32,000 bases of DNA, from sequence record MK250029.1. One strand, 5' to 3'. Below, one piece after another: positions 1-9,664 of this stretch; positions within the stretch are counted from its first letter, which is position 1, and the number at the start of each line of letters is the position of its first letter. Below the pieces are notes generated by a model. It searched no databases. It had not been told where the DNA came from and saw only the letters and a list, made by a program, of their open reading frames with translations. Source of the stretch: Prevotella phage Lak-C1. Made by a program: the position numbers and the translations under genes.

Positions 1-2574
1 TCTGATAGAGTTCCTATATATACTATAGATTCTTTAAAGAATGTTAAAACACAGGATGATATAGAAAAATGTGTACATACAAACAAATATGTGGATGTTT
101 CTGTAAATAGATTAGGTAATTATACAGTATCAGTAAATGCATATGATTATTACAATAATATATTTGTTAATCAGAGTGATGATATAACAACAGTTACAAC
201 AAAACCTATAAGTCTCGATATTATTCTTAATGAATCTGAATTAGTTAATAATAAAGATTTTTATCATTATAATGCTAAAGGTACTTATATGAATAATAGT
301 GAAACTAATACATTATTTGATAGTATTAATGAAAATGGAGATTATCCAATTTATCCATAGACATATAGAATATATGATATTGATCCTATTGTAGATAGTC
401 CAAATACTATAGAATATGATAATATATCTTATGCAATAGATACACCTAAACCTGGAAACTTTATTATATTTAATAACTTTACAGAACAAGTTTTAAATAT
501 AACAAAAACTAATGATATATATAAATTTACATTAGTTGATGAAAGTCCAAATAGAGAAATATTACAGAATTCATCTTATGTTGGTTTATGTATATATGAT
601 TGTATACAAAAAGATATATTAGTTGATATATATCCGTTTGAAGTACAAAAATTCTATACATTTGATTCTTCAATAGTAGATTCATCATATTATCGTTTTG
701 ATGCAAATAATTCTTATATAACAGTTAAAGACACATCTAATATGTTAAATGCTAGCGCATTTAAAGATATTTATGAAAAATCAATTGAATCCTCTGTTAA
801 TTCATCAATTAATTCATCTGCATTTTTTACAAATTCTATAAATGCATATGTATATACTGCTAATGAACATGTATTTGAACCAAATGATGAAATAATATTA
901 GATACATCAAATATATTATCTTATATTCATACATCTAATAAAAAACAGTATTTCATGAAGAATTAGGTTATCAAAATTTGTTATGCAGATGAAACAGTCA
1001 TACATAATGATTATACTGATAAAGCTATAGATAATGAAACTGCATATCGTATTATTAATGTTAATCAAAATGAAGATAAAACATTTACATATACAATAAA
1101 TGGTTTAATAGATCTTGATAAACTTAATAATAAGTTATATCATAATAATGCATGTAGAGATATGAGTACAGGTGGTAAGTTAATTACTAAAAAACCATAT
1201 AAATTAAAAATGTGTCCAGCACATTTAAGAGCTGCACAGTATGTATTACGTGTAAATGGTTATGGTGAGGAATTTACATCAAGATATAACAAAGGTGTAG
1301 TTTAGAGAACAACTGTAACATATGATCCTAAATCATTATTATTTGATAGTTATCTTGATACAACTTATTCTGCATAGATATTTGATTATGATCCTAAATT
1401 ATTATAGAATATATGGATAAATGCAAAACTTCAATATGAAGATGAAGCACTTTATATCTATAGAGATAAACCTGTTACAATATCAAAAGGTAGAAATATT
1501 ATATTAAGACCTGATACTTCATAGAATATATTATCTGAAAAGTTTAATGGTATAGATGTACCATTAAGAATTCATTGGAATTGGAAATCTTATATTATAG
1601 ATGATCATGAAACATTTGAATCAGAACAAGGTTTAATAGATAAGCAAGTTGTATTTAAATCTGCAAATAAAATATTATCGATTAAACCAGAATTATTAGG
1701 TTCTCAATCGCCTAATATGATATGTTGTGATGTATATGGAAACCGTGTTATAAATGAAGCAGATGGATTTGTATATGTAGATGCAGATGGAAGTAATAAT
1801 ACTGTTGGTAAATTCGAAGAAGGTACAAGAAATGTTATGTATAAAGAAGTAGTTATTGTTGGCTTTGATGTATAGTTTAGTCCATTAAATACATTATCTA
1901 CATATGGAGAAACTGCAACATATACAATAAGTGAAACTGGTTCTTCAAATGAAAATACAAATAATATATCATTTAAATATAAGATATATTATAGTGATGG
2001 TACTGTTGTTGAAAATGAAGGATGTAGTTGTAATTTACTTACATAGAAAGGAAATGTTTCTAAAACAAATAAAGTTAAATTTACAGTTAAAGAAGCAACA
2101 GAATCACATAAATCTAAAGTGGGAGAATTACAATGTAAATTAACTATTGATAAAAAATCAGATAGAGATATTATTCAACATGAACAAATTCATACATTAG
2201 ATATTAAACAATATGGTACATCAATAACAACAAATATATATGATTTATCATTTAATGTAAAAGATATTCCTTCAGAAGGATTAGATAATATAGAAGAATA
2301 TATTATTAGAGATTATATTAAAGATATAAAATATACATTAATAAGAAGTGAAGGTGAAATAGAATAGATAGAATCACCAACATTTGAAAATTCAATGTTA
2401 AAAATAAAAGACTTTAAAATAATTCATAATCAACGAGGAATAACCAATAATATACCGGAAAACAAATCAGGTAGAAAAGAGATAGGTATTTTACAATTAA
2501 CAGTATAGTTTAATGTACATGGTATTTAGAATGATATAGAAACAACAGGAATGTGTTCTATATATCAATTATAA
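1..2574 (+). CDS. Large probable structural/tail or adhesin-like protein (5'-partial), recoded TAG=Gln
   Basis: One open frame (frame 1) runs from the window start to TAA at 2572-2574 if TAG is sense; in-frame TAGs seen at 358, 964, 1303, 1375, 1405 and further on. Standard-code ORFs 91..360, 742..966 and 2119..2367 are fragments of it. Function is a guess from length and repetitive beta-rich composition. Confidence 0.7.
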
Positions 2575-2576
2575 TA

Positions 2577-2616
2577 AAAAAGACTGAAGGATTTTGCAAT
2601 TATCCTTCAGTCTTTT
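2577..2616. terminator. Bidirectional intrinsic terminator between convergent genes
   Basis: AAAAAGACTGAAGGAT-TTTGCAATT-ATCCTTCAGTCTTTTT: long perfect stem with A-tract and T-tract on either side. Confidence 0.85.
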
Positions 2617-3313
2617 TACTTTCTTCAAATTTCTTTCTATATATTTCTTTTTTCCAGTCTTGTACTTTTAATGTAGTATCTTTAGTTGAAGTTTCACGTA
2701 AATCCATATTACTTTCATTATGAGATTGCTTTACTTCTTCATATGTAACTTGCTATGGTTCTTGATTTGTTATAGTTGGTTTTAATTTATGATTAACTCC
2801 ATTATCTTCAGCAATAAGATCTTCATCCTCTTTATGTTGTAGATCAAGATATGTATCAATATAGTATTTTCTAAATTGATTTTGCATTTCATTAATCTAC
2901 TTATTAAAATCTTTAGCAATAGACATTAATTTTGTATATGAATCAAATAATTTTGCAGATGTATCTCCTTTTGAAATTGTATCCATAATTACTTTAATCA
3001 TAACATTATTCATGCTCTACTGATAGTAAAGTTGACCAAGCTAATCAGCATCCTATAATATTTTATCTTTAATAATAGGATTTTCCTAATATGCAGCAGG
3101 TACAATTGTATTAACAATCTATTTAACTGATTTTAAAGCTTTCGCAGTATCTGCAGACATTACTTCTTCATGTTCAACAACAAATATCGGATCCGGTTCT
3201 TGAAGCTCATCAGGAATATCTGTATCTATATCATTAGCATCATAATTTCCTGGTTGTGATGAAGCAGCTGCAGCCAAACTACCTAACTAACTTGCTATAT
3301 CTTTTGCTTTCAT
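2600..3313 (-). CDS. Hypothetical phage protein (237 aa), recoded
   Basis: TAG=Q frame MKAKDIASQLGSLAAAASSQPGNYDANDIDTDIPDELQEP...KKTEG, ending TAA at 2600-2602 inside the terminator loop; several in-frame TAGs. Absent from the standard-code track. Confidence 0.75.
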
Positions 3314-3334
3314 TTTTCTTTAACTAAATTATTT

Positions 3335-4432
3335 TTAAACTAATGTAGATATAAACTTTTGCATATTCTTATATGTATGTAAATATTTTGGAGCAATTTT
3401 TTTATATACATAATGCATGTAGTAATCATTAATAAATGCACTTAATTTTGTTCCAAATGTTTTATAATCAACAGTATCTGTAAAATAGTTTATATAATTC
3501 TTATCAAATAAATTATTCATCTGTTTAATTGTTTTATCAGATGGATTACATTCATTTAATGTATTTGTTATATAATAAAATAATTTTATAGGATCTTGCC
3601 CACATAATCCATTTATTGCTTTAGAATAATTACCAAATGTTTTATATACAATAGCATAACTGTAAATAAAACATGCATAATCATTATTATTTAATGCAGG
3701 TGTTTTTATATATTTTAATATATCATCTTTTGTTGCATTTGGATTCTTCTTTGTATATGTCATCATATTTTGAACAAATGAATGATACCATGCATTTAAT
3801 TCAGTTGGTTGTGAAACATAAAGAAAATTCTTTAATGATTTATATGTTGTATCCTTCTTTAATAATGCTTCTTTTGTTTTTTCTTTAAATACTTGATTGT
3901 TAATATCAAATTCATCAGCTATTAATGTAATATGAAGTAATTCTTTTAATGGACCTCCAAATACACCCATTATATTATCATAATAATGTCTAAGTTCATG
4001 ATATACATATTCTTTAAGTTCATCTGTTAATTCTTCTTTATTACCTGTATAACCTTTAAAAGTATTATAGTTAATATAAATATAACCACAATTATTTTTC
4101 TTTTTATCTACTGTAGAATCAACAGGTGAATAAAATGCAGCTTCATCATCGTCAATAAATCCTTGAAATTTATAAGATGTATTAACTTTATCTGTATCTA
4201 TATTAACTAATATAACTTTAATAAAACCTAATTTAGGATTATCTAAATCAAATGTAAATGTATGATAAAGAAAACCTTCAAGATCTTTCACATTAGGTTT
4301 ACCTTTTACTTCATAATTAGTATCCCAATGAATATCAGGAGATGTCATAAATTCAACCATTGAATTTACAACATTATCTAAATTAAATTGTTTCTAATCG
4401 ATATATCCTATTTTTTCTGTAATTGATTTCAT
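3335..4432 (-). CDS. Putative zinc metallopeptidase-like protein (HExxH), recoded N-terminus
   Basis: Track ORF 3335..4360 extends upstream through a TAG to ATG at 4432 (MKSITEKIGYIDQKQFNLDNVVNSMVEF). Contains ELKEYVYHELRHYYDN with an HELRH (HExxH) motif. Confidence 0.65.
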
Positions 4433-4475
4433 AATAATTAACTTTATTTATAATGTATTTATTTCTATTAAAAAG

Positions 4476-4516
4476 AAAAGAGATAACAGAATAATGTATA
4501 AACTGTTATCTCTTTT
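4476..4516. terminator. Intrinsic terminator hairpin
   Basis: AAAAGAGATAACAG ... CTGTTATCTCTTTT, 14-bp perfect inverted repeat between genes. Confidence 0.75.
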
Positions 4517-4527
4517 ATATCGTATTA

Positions 4528-4905
4528 TTACTTCAATAATTTTAGATGTCTTACATAATTTTGAGGAATCTTATAACATGCAATTGCTGTTATTTGATTA
4601 TTCAAATCAGGTTCTTTGAATACACTCATTTCTTCATCTTTACTAATATATAATCTTCTTTTCATTTGATTAATGAAGTTATCAAGATCACATGATAAGT
4701 AAACTACTGTATCATTTTGCCATTCACTATTTGGATGTTCAATCAGAAACTGTGCTATTGCATGTCCGCCTTGAACTGCTCCATAAATAGGAACTAATTT
4801 ATTACTTACTAAAACATAAAGTTTTTTATTTGTTTCTAATTCATGTGGAACAAATTGTTTTCTTTTATTAATGATTTTTTTAATTATTAATTTTACTTTC
4901 CTCAT
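4528..4905 (-). CDS. Peptidyl-tRNA hydrolase (PTH2)-like protein
   Basis: KLYVLVSNKLVPIYGAVQGGHAIAQFLIEHP...NDTVVYLSC; resembles PTH2-fold phage proteins by pattern only. Confidence 0.4.
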   Translation of the reverse strand: MRKVKLIIKKIINKRKQFVPHELETNKKLYVLVSNKLVPIYGAVQGGHAIAQFLIEHPNSEWQNDTVVYLSCDLDNFINQMKRRLYISKDEEMSVFKEPDLNNQITAIACYKIPQNYVRHLKLLK

Positions 4906-5266
4906 AATTAGAAGCTTTATATTTTTTTATTAATTGCTGTATTCTCTTATAAAGATAATAATATTCATTAGTAAATGTTTGATATGAAAACATATAATGT
5001 TTTTTATATGTTTCATTACAGTATACTAAATATTTTTTTTGTTCATCTAAATTAAGATTATGTTTAACAATATAATATGCAACATTTATTGCATGTATAT
5101 CTTCTAATGTTTCTTCTAATTTAGATTTAGCATTACTTGTTTCTTCAAGATTATAATTTTCATCTTTTGATGATCTATTAGCAATTAATTTTAATTCTTT
5201 TCTTTTTGCTATTTCAGATTTAAGATATTTCTTAAATTCAATTAAATTTTCATTAAGTGTTTTCAT
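4880..5266 (-). CDS. Hypothetical protein
   Basis: 128-aa ORF, Lys/Glu/Tyr-rich, overlaps the 5' end of the next gene as in compact phage operons. Confidence 0.6.
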   Translation of the reverse strand: MKTLNENLIEFKKYLKSEIAKRKELKLIANRSSKDENYNLEETSNAKSKLEETLEDIHAINVAYYIVKHNLNLDEQKKYLVYCNETYKKHYMFSYQTFTNEYYYLYKRIQQLIKKYKASNYEESKINN

Positions 5267-5520
5267 TTTCTTCTTTAATTTGTTTTATTTTTATAATAGT
5301 GTAATAATTATTTTAAATCAAAAATAAACAAATTAAAGGTGAACCCCTACTTAATGTAACTTACCAAAATTGAAGTTTCATAATTTTCTTTTTATCATTT
5401 TTTAAAAAATTAGTAGAATGATAGAATTTGATTCGCACAAATTTTCCTGTCTTTGAGATCTCTACACAGATTTTATCGATTATTAAACTACTATCTCTAC
5501 TTCTGTTTGCAAACCATTGT

Positions 5521-5591
5521 GCTCTATACAGGGATCGAACCCGTGATCTGGAAGTTTAAAGTTTCCTGCTGTACCGCTTAGCTAATAGAGC
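5521..5591 (-). tRNA. Gln-like suppressor tRNA, anticodon UUA (5'-TTA-3' at 5559-5557)
   Basis: GCTCTAT TA GCT AAGCGGTAC AGC A GGAAA CTTTAAA CTTCC AGATC ACGGG TTCGATC CCTGT ATAGAGC (A). Perfect 7-bp acceptor stem, canonical TTCGATC T-loop, AAGCGGTA D-loop as in bacterial tRNA-Gln. C32-U33-UUA-A37-A38 loop; one A31-C39 mismatch; no encoded CCA. Confidence 0.85.
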
Positions 5592-5668
5592 AATTAAAAA
5601 ATAATCATTACTTCTAATAAAATAATGTAATGATTATTTTATTTTTAAAAATTAAACACTGTTTATTA

Positions 5669-5848
5669 TTACTTTGTCTTTGAAGCCTCAATAGACTCCT
5701 TGCGGAATGTCTTAAGCAACTTCTCAATTGCAAGAGAAGCCTTACGTGCACGCTGACCAGCTGCCTTATTACCCTTCTCTGTCTGTGCAGTTGCATCTGC
5801 CTGGAAAGCTGCAAATGCCTCATTAATACTTGTCAAAATCTCATTCAT
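5669..5848 (-). CDS. Bacteroidetes histone H1-like small basic protein (59 aa)
   Basis: MNEILTSINEAFAAFQADATAQTEKGNKAAGQRARKASLRLEKLLKDFRKESIEASKTK; strongly matches the GNKAAG-RARKASLELEK-LKEFRK-S-EASK pattern of Bacteroidetes H1-like proteins. Missed by the track because it is short. Confidence 0.8.
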   Translation of the reverse strand: MNEILTSINEAFAAFQADATAQTEKGNKAAGQRARKASLAIEKLLKTFRKESIEASKTK

Positions 5849-5864
5849 AATTGTTTTCTTAAAA

Positions 5865-6086
5865 TTAATTTTTATTTATGATTTTATTATTCTCCCATGT
5901 TTTGCTCCAATTTGCATCTGTTTTTAAATGTTGAAAACGAACATATTTACCTACATTCTTATCAAAATCATTATAATTAAAACTATCTGCATTTCGTACT
6001 ACAAAACCTTCAACTTCTTGTGATTTATGTAAATCACAATAATCAGAGAATGCTTTAATAATATTCTTAATATTAAATAATTCACT
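5865..6086 (-). CDS. RNA ligase, C-terminal segment (exon-like piece 3 of 3)
   Basis: ...SELFNIKNIIKAFSDYCDLHKSQEVEGFVVRNADSFNYNDFDKNVGKYVRFQHLKTDANWSKTWENNKIINKN*; EGFVVR and KYVR match RNA-ligase nucleotidyltransferase motifs IV/V. Confidence 0.8.
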   Translation of the reverse strand, partial: SELFNIKNIIKAFSDYCDLHKSQEVEGFVVRNADSFNYNDFDKNVGKYVRFQHLKTDANWSKTWENNKIINKN

Positions 6087-6089
6087 TAT

Positions 6090-7558
6090 AACATATATAA
6101 CTTTAATATTATATATGACATATATATGATTTGTCTGAAGTGAATCTAGAAAACTACAGATTAAACTAATCTATAGAAAGTCTATATTTAATTTTAGACT
6201 TTTTGAAGAAGTAATATAGTTCAATCAAATCCTTGTATGTAGGTTGTAAATTAAATTCTTCCAACGACTCAAGATACAACTTATTAAACATACTCAAATT
6301 CGGTCTTATTATATTCTTTTTAATTTCTTTTGTTTTACTTATATATTGATTATAAAACTCATAACCACGCCTACCTATTTCTATTGATGCTAATATCATA
6401 TCAGGTAAATTTAATGAACGATATAGAAAATTACCAATAAAACTTGAATATTCTGGTTTAACTTTTAATAACTTAATATTATGAATATTACAACGTTTAG
6501 TTAAATTATTCACAAATGTTGTTCTACACCATGAATTATTAACCAATTTATTAAAATATACACCTAAATCTTTATCTGAAGTTTTGATATTTAAATTCTC
6601 TATAGAAATAAGTTGACATTTATAATATATAGATTTATTAATTATATTCTTTACAATTTGTAAAGTCTCATAATTTCTCTTATCTGAAATATATTTTCTT
6701 TCATTTGAATCAGATGAATATCCTTTATTCTTTAAATTAAAATCTTTATCATTCAATTTTTTAATTGAATAAATACCTGATTTGATAACATCAAATTCAT
6801 TTTCAGATTTCCAATCAACAATAGACCATCCTATATAATTAGGATTTAAATCCAAAGATAGTACTCTATTTTTTATAAATTTAGTTTCATAATTATAAAC
6901 ATCATTTTCTTCAAATATCACATAAATATATTCTAAATCTAATTTATATGCAATCTTTATTTCTTTTCTTTCTTGTTTCTAATATAGTTTAGATAATATC
7001 TACTTTCTTTTATTTAATCCAATTAACCATAAATTTATTTTTGTATGTTTATTTGGTTTAAATATAATATTTTCTAAATCTTGTTCTATGTGAAATTTTC
7101 TATTTCCTTTAACTGATTTATTAACTATTTCACCTATTGAATATAAAGCCGATAATCTTTTCTACTTAAACTATTCTTTTGAAATATTGTTCTTTAATCT
7201 CTAAAAATAATTCTTCTTACTGCCAAATATAATTTTCTATTTCTTTGGTATATCATAGAAAGAACATTGAATAAACCAACTATCTAACAAATATATATTG
7301 TTTAATGTTTTTATTTGTTGTTTTATATCTTTCTAAGATTTACCTTCCTATACTCTATTGTATACAAAATGCTGTACAGAACTATACTATTTCATATAAT
7401 TCCGTATAATATCTAATGATTGTTCATCCGTTCGATATTTAATCTTTAATACTTGCATTTTTAATTGTATATAATATTATATTCTTTTATTATTTATCTG
7501 AATAATTTTAAAAAATAATAAATTCTTATAAAATATAAATTATAAGGTATTATTATAT
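6090..7558 (-). mobile_element. TnpB-like nuclease element B inserted in the RNA ligase gene (about 1469 bp)
   Basis: Separates RNA ligase pieces 2 and 3; in-frame junction inferred at a shared ATA (6087-6089 / 7556-7558). Contains a RuvC-like nuclease ORF. Confidence 0.65.
6109..7458 (-). CDS. Divergent TnpB/Cas12-like RuvC nuclease, recoded (449 aa)
   Basis: Track ORF 6166..6921 extends both ways with TAG=Q: N-terminus MQVLKIKYRTDEQSLDIIRNYMKQYSSVQHFVYNRV, C-terminus ...KYRLSIDQFNLQFSRFTSDKSYICHI*, TAA at 6109. RuvC-I-like VLSLDLNPNYIGWSIVD, RuvC-II-like QLISIENLNI, RuvC-III-like LPDMILASIEIGRRG; no CxxC zinc ribbon. Confidence 0.7.
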
Positions 7559-7771
7559 TTTATACACACCTCTGTATATTTCGTCTACTATTTTGATATT
7601 ATTTTTTTCACAAAATGAAACTGTTTTATCCCATGATAAACAATTATTTTTATCATCATATATAGAAAAACATTGAAACAATTCATTCACATTTTTAAAT
7701 GTATATGATATAGAATGTTTTGCCTGCATGTTTTCACCACATACTCGATAACCGTCAGGAATTAAATAACA
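7556..7771 (-). CDS. RNA ligase, middle segment (exon-like piece 2 of 3)
   Basis: TYCYLIPDGYRVCGENMQAKHSISYTFKNVNELFQCFSIYDDKNNCLSWDKTVSFCEKNNIKIVDEIYRGVYKI; CGENMQAKHS and the FSIYD...CLSWD pattern match the centre of the T4 RnlA-like/PF09414-type ligase fold. Confidence 0.8.
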
Positions 7772-9140
7772 GTATGTTAAAACTTGAACAAATTTGAACT
7801 TTGCTCTTTATTAACTTCTTGCTTCACTCTATCACTACTTTTTAGGTTCATTTCTGAACGGTCATCCATAGTTGGATAGTCCACAAGCTTAAATTCGGGT
7901 GTACTGCACCCTATTATTCTTAAACCTTCATCAAGTATATTTAGTGCTGCATTGTAATCTCTATTAATAAGTTTACCACAATTAGGACAGGTCCATTCTC
8001 TATCACTCAATTTTAATTTCTTAAAAATATAACCACAACAGTTACATGTTTTACTTGATGGATAAAATCTATCTACAAATACTATCTTTCTGTTATACCA
8101 TCTTGCTTTATACTCTAATATTCTTCGGAATTCACCAAAATTCATTTCTAAAATACTTTCAGCAAGTTTATGGTTCTTAACCATACCTTTCACATTTAAG
8201 TCTTCCATACATATAACTTGGTTTTCGTCAATGAGTGAATTACTTACATAGTGAAGATAGTATTGTTTTCTATCATTTATTGTTTTATATACTTTAGCAA
8301 GTTTAATTCTTGCTTTATTTCTGTTGTTACTTCCTTTTTGTTTTCTTGAAAGTTGTTTTTGAAGTTTATTTAACTTAATTATCTCATTCTTTTTAAAATG
8401 TAAGTTATTGAATACTTCTCCTTCTGATGTGATGATAAAATCTTTTACACCAAGGTCAATACCTACACAATTATCACTATCTTGTAATCCTTTATGTATT
8501 AAATCACCATCAACCAATATTGACAAATAATATTCACCGCAAGGTAGTTTAGATAATGTTGCTTGTCTAATATTATCATGATGTTTTTGTAAATATTGTA
8601 CATATTTTTTATTACATCTGAACTTAATATTCTTTATATTAGCAAGAGATAACTAATATGTTGTATAATCATTCTTTCTTGAGATGGTACCGATTTCAAA
8701 TCTACAGCTTTGTTTGTTATCATGTTTTGATTTGAATTTTGGATACCCTGTATGTTGTTTAAAGAAACGTTTATATGCATCTAACATATCCATTATAGAT
8801 TGTTTAAGAACTTTTGTATTCTGTTCTCTGAGCCATATAAAATTATCATCTTTCAATAGTTCATGATGAAACCAATAACTGAGTGTAGATCTGTTTTCAG
8901 AAATATTATGTTCTTTATATTGATTTATTTTTCGAGCAAGTGTTTGATTATATACAAAACGACAACAACCAAGCAACTTATTAATTTGTGTTGCTTGTTC
9001 CATATTTGGGTATAATCTTATTTTTATTGCTCTTAACATAATTTATTTTTTTGTTTATTTCTTTTTTCTCTTATTTATTTAAATAATTTTTATAAAAATG
9101 TACAATATTGTTCAAATTATTTATTTACTATTAAATAACA
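7772..9140 (-). mobile_element. TnpB (IS605/IS1341-type) element A inserted in the RNA ligase gene (1369 bp)
   Basis: Bounded by an 11-bp direct repeat (attaaataaca at 7761-7771 and 9130-9140, + strand); contains tnpB; no TnpA ORF. The exact boundary may be anywhere within the repeat. Confidence 0.8.
7777..9039 (-). CDS. tnpB: RNA-guided endonuclease TnpB (IS605 OrfB family), one in-frame TAG, 420 aa
   Basis: Track ORFs 8653..9039 and 7777..8526 are in one frame joined through TAG (…NDYTTY-Q-LSLANIKNIKF…). GIDLGVKDF (RuvC-I), VICMEDLNVKG (RuvC-II), CNCCG…CPNCG zinc ribbon, RDYNAALNI (RuvC-III), and a typical TnpB tail STPEFKLVDYPTMDDRS. Confidence 0.95.
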
Positions 9141-9383
9141 CCAATTTTGAATTATATATTTAACTTTTGATTGCCATGGATATGAACTTCCATCTATAGA
9201 TCTTGCATGAATATATCCGTCATTATATACAGTACAATTTTCACCATCCATTTTAACAGTAACTACAACTTCATTAAACTTATTAAAATGCTCATCAGAT
9301 TTAAGTTTTTTATCATCATCTGTTGCATTAGGTGAGCATGGAAGATGAAATGTACGCGGATATTTTATATAAGTATTATCCAT
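9130..9383 (-). CDS. RNA ligase, N-terminal segment (exon-like piece 1 of 3)
   Basis: MDNTYIKYPRTFHLPCSPN…EVVVTVKMDGENCTVYNDGYIHARSIDGSSYPWQSKVKYIIQNWCYLI; KMDGEN is nucleotidyltransferase motif I (catalytic Lys). Confidence 0.85.
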
Positions 9384-9385
9384 AA

Positions 9386-9589
9386 TTAATTAAATATAAC
9401 TTCACACATATCAACATTTACAATTGAATCATCATCTTCAAAAATAAATGCATCTTTATGTGTAGGATCATTTTCATTTTTAATTATACCTATAGCTTTA
9501 TTTACTTTCTTACAAGATTTAAATGGTTTTCCTGATTTCTTTTTTACTTTAAAAGGAAATTCTAAAAGTACACTACTGTTTGTTGCCAT
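9386..9589 (-). CDS. Hypothetical protein
   Basis: 67-aa ORF directly upstream of the RNA ligase start. Confidence 0.6.
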   Translation of the reverse strand: MATNSSVLLEFPFKVKKKSGKPFKSCKKVNKAIGIIKNENDPTHKDAFIFEDDDSIVNVDMCEVIFN

Positions 9590-9664
9590 ATTTTATAAAA
9601 ATTAAAAATGTATCTTCATATTAATCATAATACAACGATACATAAAAAATATTTTATATGAAAA

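Noticed and set aside
1931-2143. Track ORF MKLVLQMKIQIIYHLN
   Set aside because: Wrong frame within the long recoded gene 1..2574.
5400-5510. Possible second tRNA on the minus strand (ATTTG-TGCGAAT-CAAAT T-arm-like hairpin and TTTAATAATCGATAAAA D-arm-like segment)
   Set aside because: No matching 7-bp acceptor stem or convincing anticodon arm could be built; the loop is TGCGAAT rather than TTCGAAT. At best a degenerate tRNA.
5614-5823. Track ORF MRHLQLSRQMQLHRQRRVIRQ (-)
   Set aside because: Out-of-frame shadow of the histone H1-like gene at 5669-5848.
7761-9140. Full group I intron (classical IStron) within element A
   Set aside because: Only about 90 nt lies upstream and about 5 nt downstream of tnpB, and I could not recognise P/Q/R/S core elements. 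Not excluded if the core overlaps the ORF; needs Infernal.
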